A DNA stretch of 64,000 nucleotides from Euglena gracilis. Lineage: Eukaryota. Made by a program: the position numbers and the translations under genes. The notes under the pieces are model-generated. The model made no database searches. It was given only the letters and a program-made list of their open reading frames with translations, and was not told where the DNA came from. Location of the stretch: assembly GCA_039621445.1 (NCBI GenBank), contig CP154954.1, forward strand, positions 39,145,816-39,209,815, written 5' to 3'. The first letter of the stretch is position 1, and each line of letters begins with the position of its first letter. Positions 63,271-64,000 of this stretch are shown piece by piece.

Positions 63271-63653
63271 GTGGGTCCTCGAATAATCAGGCTTTCCCAG
63301 CGAGGGATGCCGTTGGCATGTTGAGCCCTCCCAGGGGGGTGGAAATTTGATGAGAACGGTGCCTTCCTGGCGGTGGAGAATGTGGGCCCTCTCTGAGGTC
63401 CATCAAGGCCTCCCAGGGGGGGGGGGGCAGTTCCCGATGACCAGGCTTTCCCAGCGGGGGGATCGCCTGCAAGTGGAGACTTCTCTCCCAGCACTGGGGG
63501 GGGGACGTCCAGGAAGTGTCCAGGTGAAGGTGTCGGTGCTGCGGGCCAACATCAGGTTTCTTTTTTGGTGGAGTGGGGCAGGTTTCCGGTCTCCGCCTCC
63601 CTACGGTCGGTTGAGTGTAGAAGTTTCTGGGAGAAACTTTTTGAGTAGGGGGG

Positions 63654-64000
63654 TGTTGGGGGGTCCGGGAAACCTGCGGGAAGAACACCCACTCCGCTGA
63701 AGGGGGGGTGAGGCTTCCCGTGGTAAGTCCACTCAGCCAGCGAACAATGTGAAGAGTGAGGATAAGGGCAGGTCCTTGGGTGCCTCCTGCCGAGGCGGAA
63801 GAAATGTGCCTCTGGGCATCCCCACGGGGGGGTGATTCAAGGTCTGTCTGAGCGCTGAAAAGGGGAGTGTGTGTGCGAGGAGTCGCTATGACCGCACATA
63901 GCCCCTGCGCCTCCCGAAAGGTGAATGACCGTTTGTTTGCAAGCTTGTGCGAGCCAGTGTGTGATCCTGTGGTTGGTTAAACTGGCCTGTGATCTGTAAT
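63654..64000 (+). repeat. 3' LTR of element C (truncated by the window end)
   Basis: Matches 53268 onward; preceded by the PPT. Confidence 0.9.

Larger units (their letters stand above)
53268..64000 (+). mobile_element. LTR element C, apparently non-autonomous (no pol), inserted in the integrase of the second A copy; extends beyond the window
   Basis: Direct repeat starting TGTTGGGGGG at 53268 and 63654; purine-rich GAGTAGGGGGG at 63643-63653; candidate PBS TGGTTAGAGG at 53958-53967. Confidence 0.85.

Overview
This is eukaryotic, almost entirely retroelement-derived DNA with no recognisable host gene. It is probably from a euglenid, based on a 26-nt match to the Euglena-type spliced leader at 58492-58517 (minus strand). 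In order: (1) a degenerate APE-RT-RNaseH LINE (1-6755); (2) a 29-bp satellite array split by a ~30-kb nest; (3) the nest itself, in which Ty3/gypsy chromovirus 'A' (12990-42931, minus) carries a Dam-like amino-methyltransferase domain between protease and RT, a ~5.3-kb accessory ORF and a triplicated primer-binding site, and chromovirus 'B' (21504-35029, minus, 4-bp TSD) has inserted into A's RNase H; B carries a C5-cytosine methyltransferase between Gag and protease, and a 3.8-kb internal inversion cuts that domain at the expected catalytic Cys codon; (4) a second, deleted copy of family A (48282-53267, plus), interrupted by a pol-less LTR element 'C' (53268 to beyond 64000), which is in turn interrupted by an RLE-type (CRE-like) non-LTR element with a spliced-leader 5' end, a GNRA hairpin array and a 2A-like peptide. 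The main candidate novel system is two distinct chromovirus families, each pairing a different DNA methyltransferase with a chromodomain integrase. All domain calls are by-eye motif recognition; no database searches were run.
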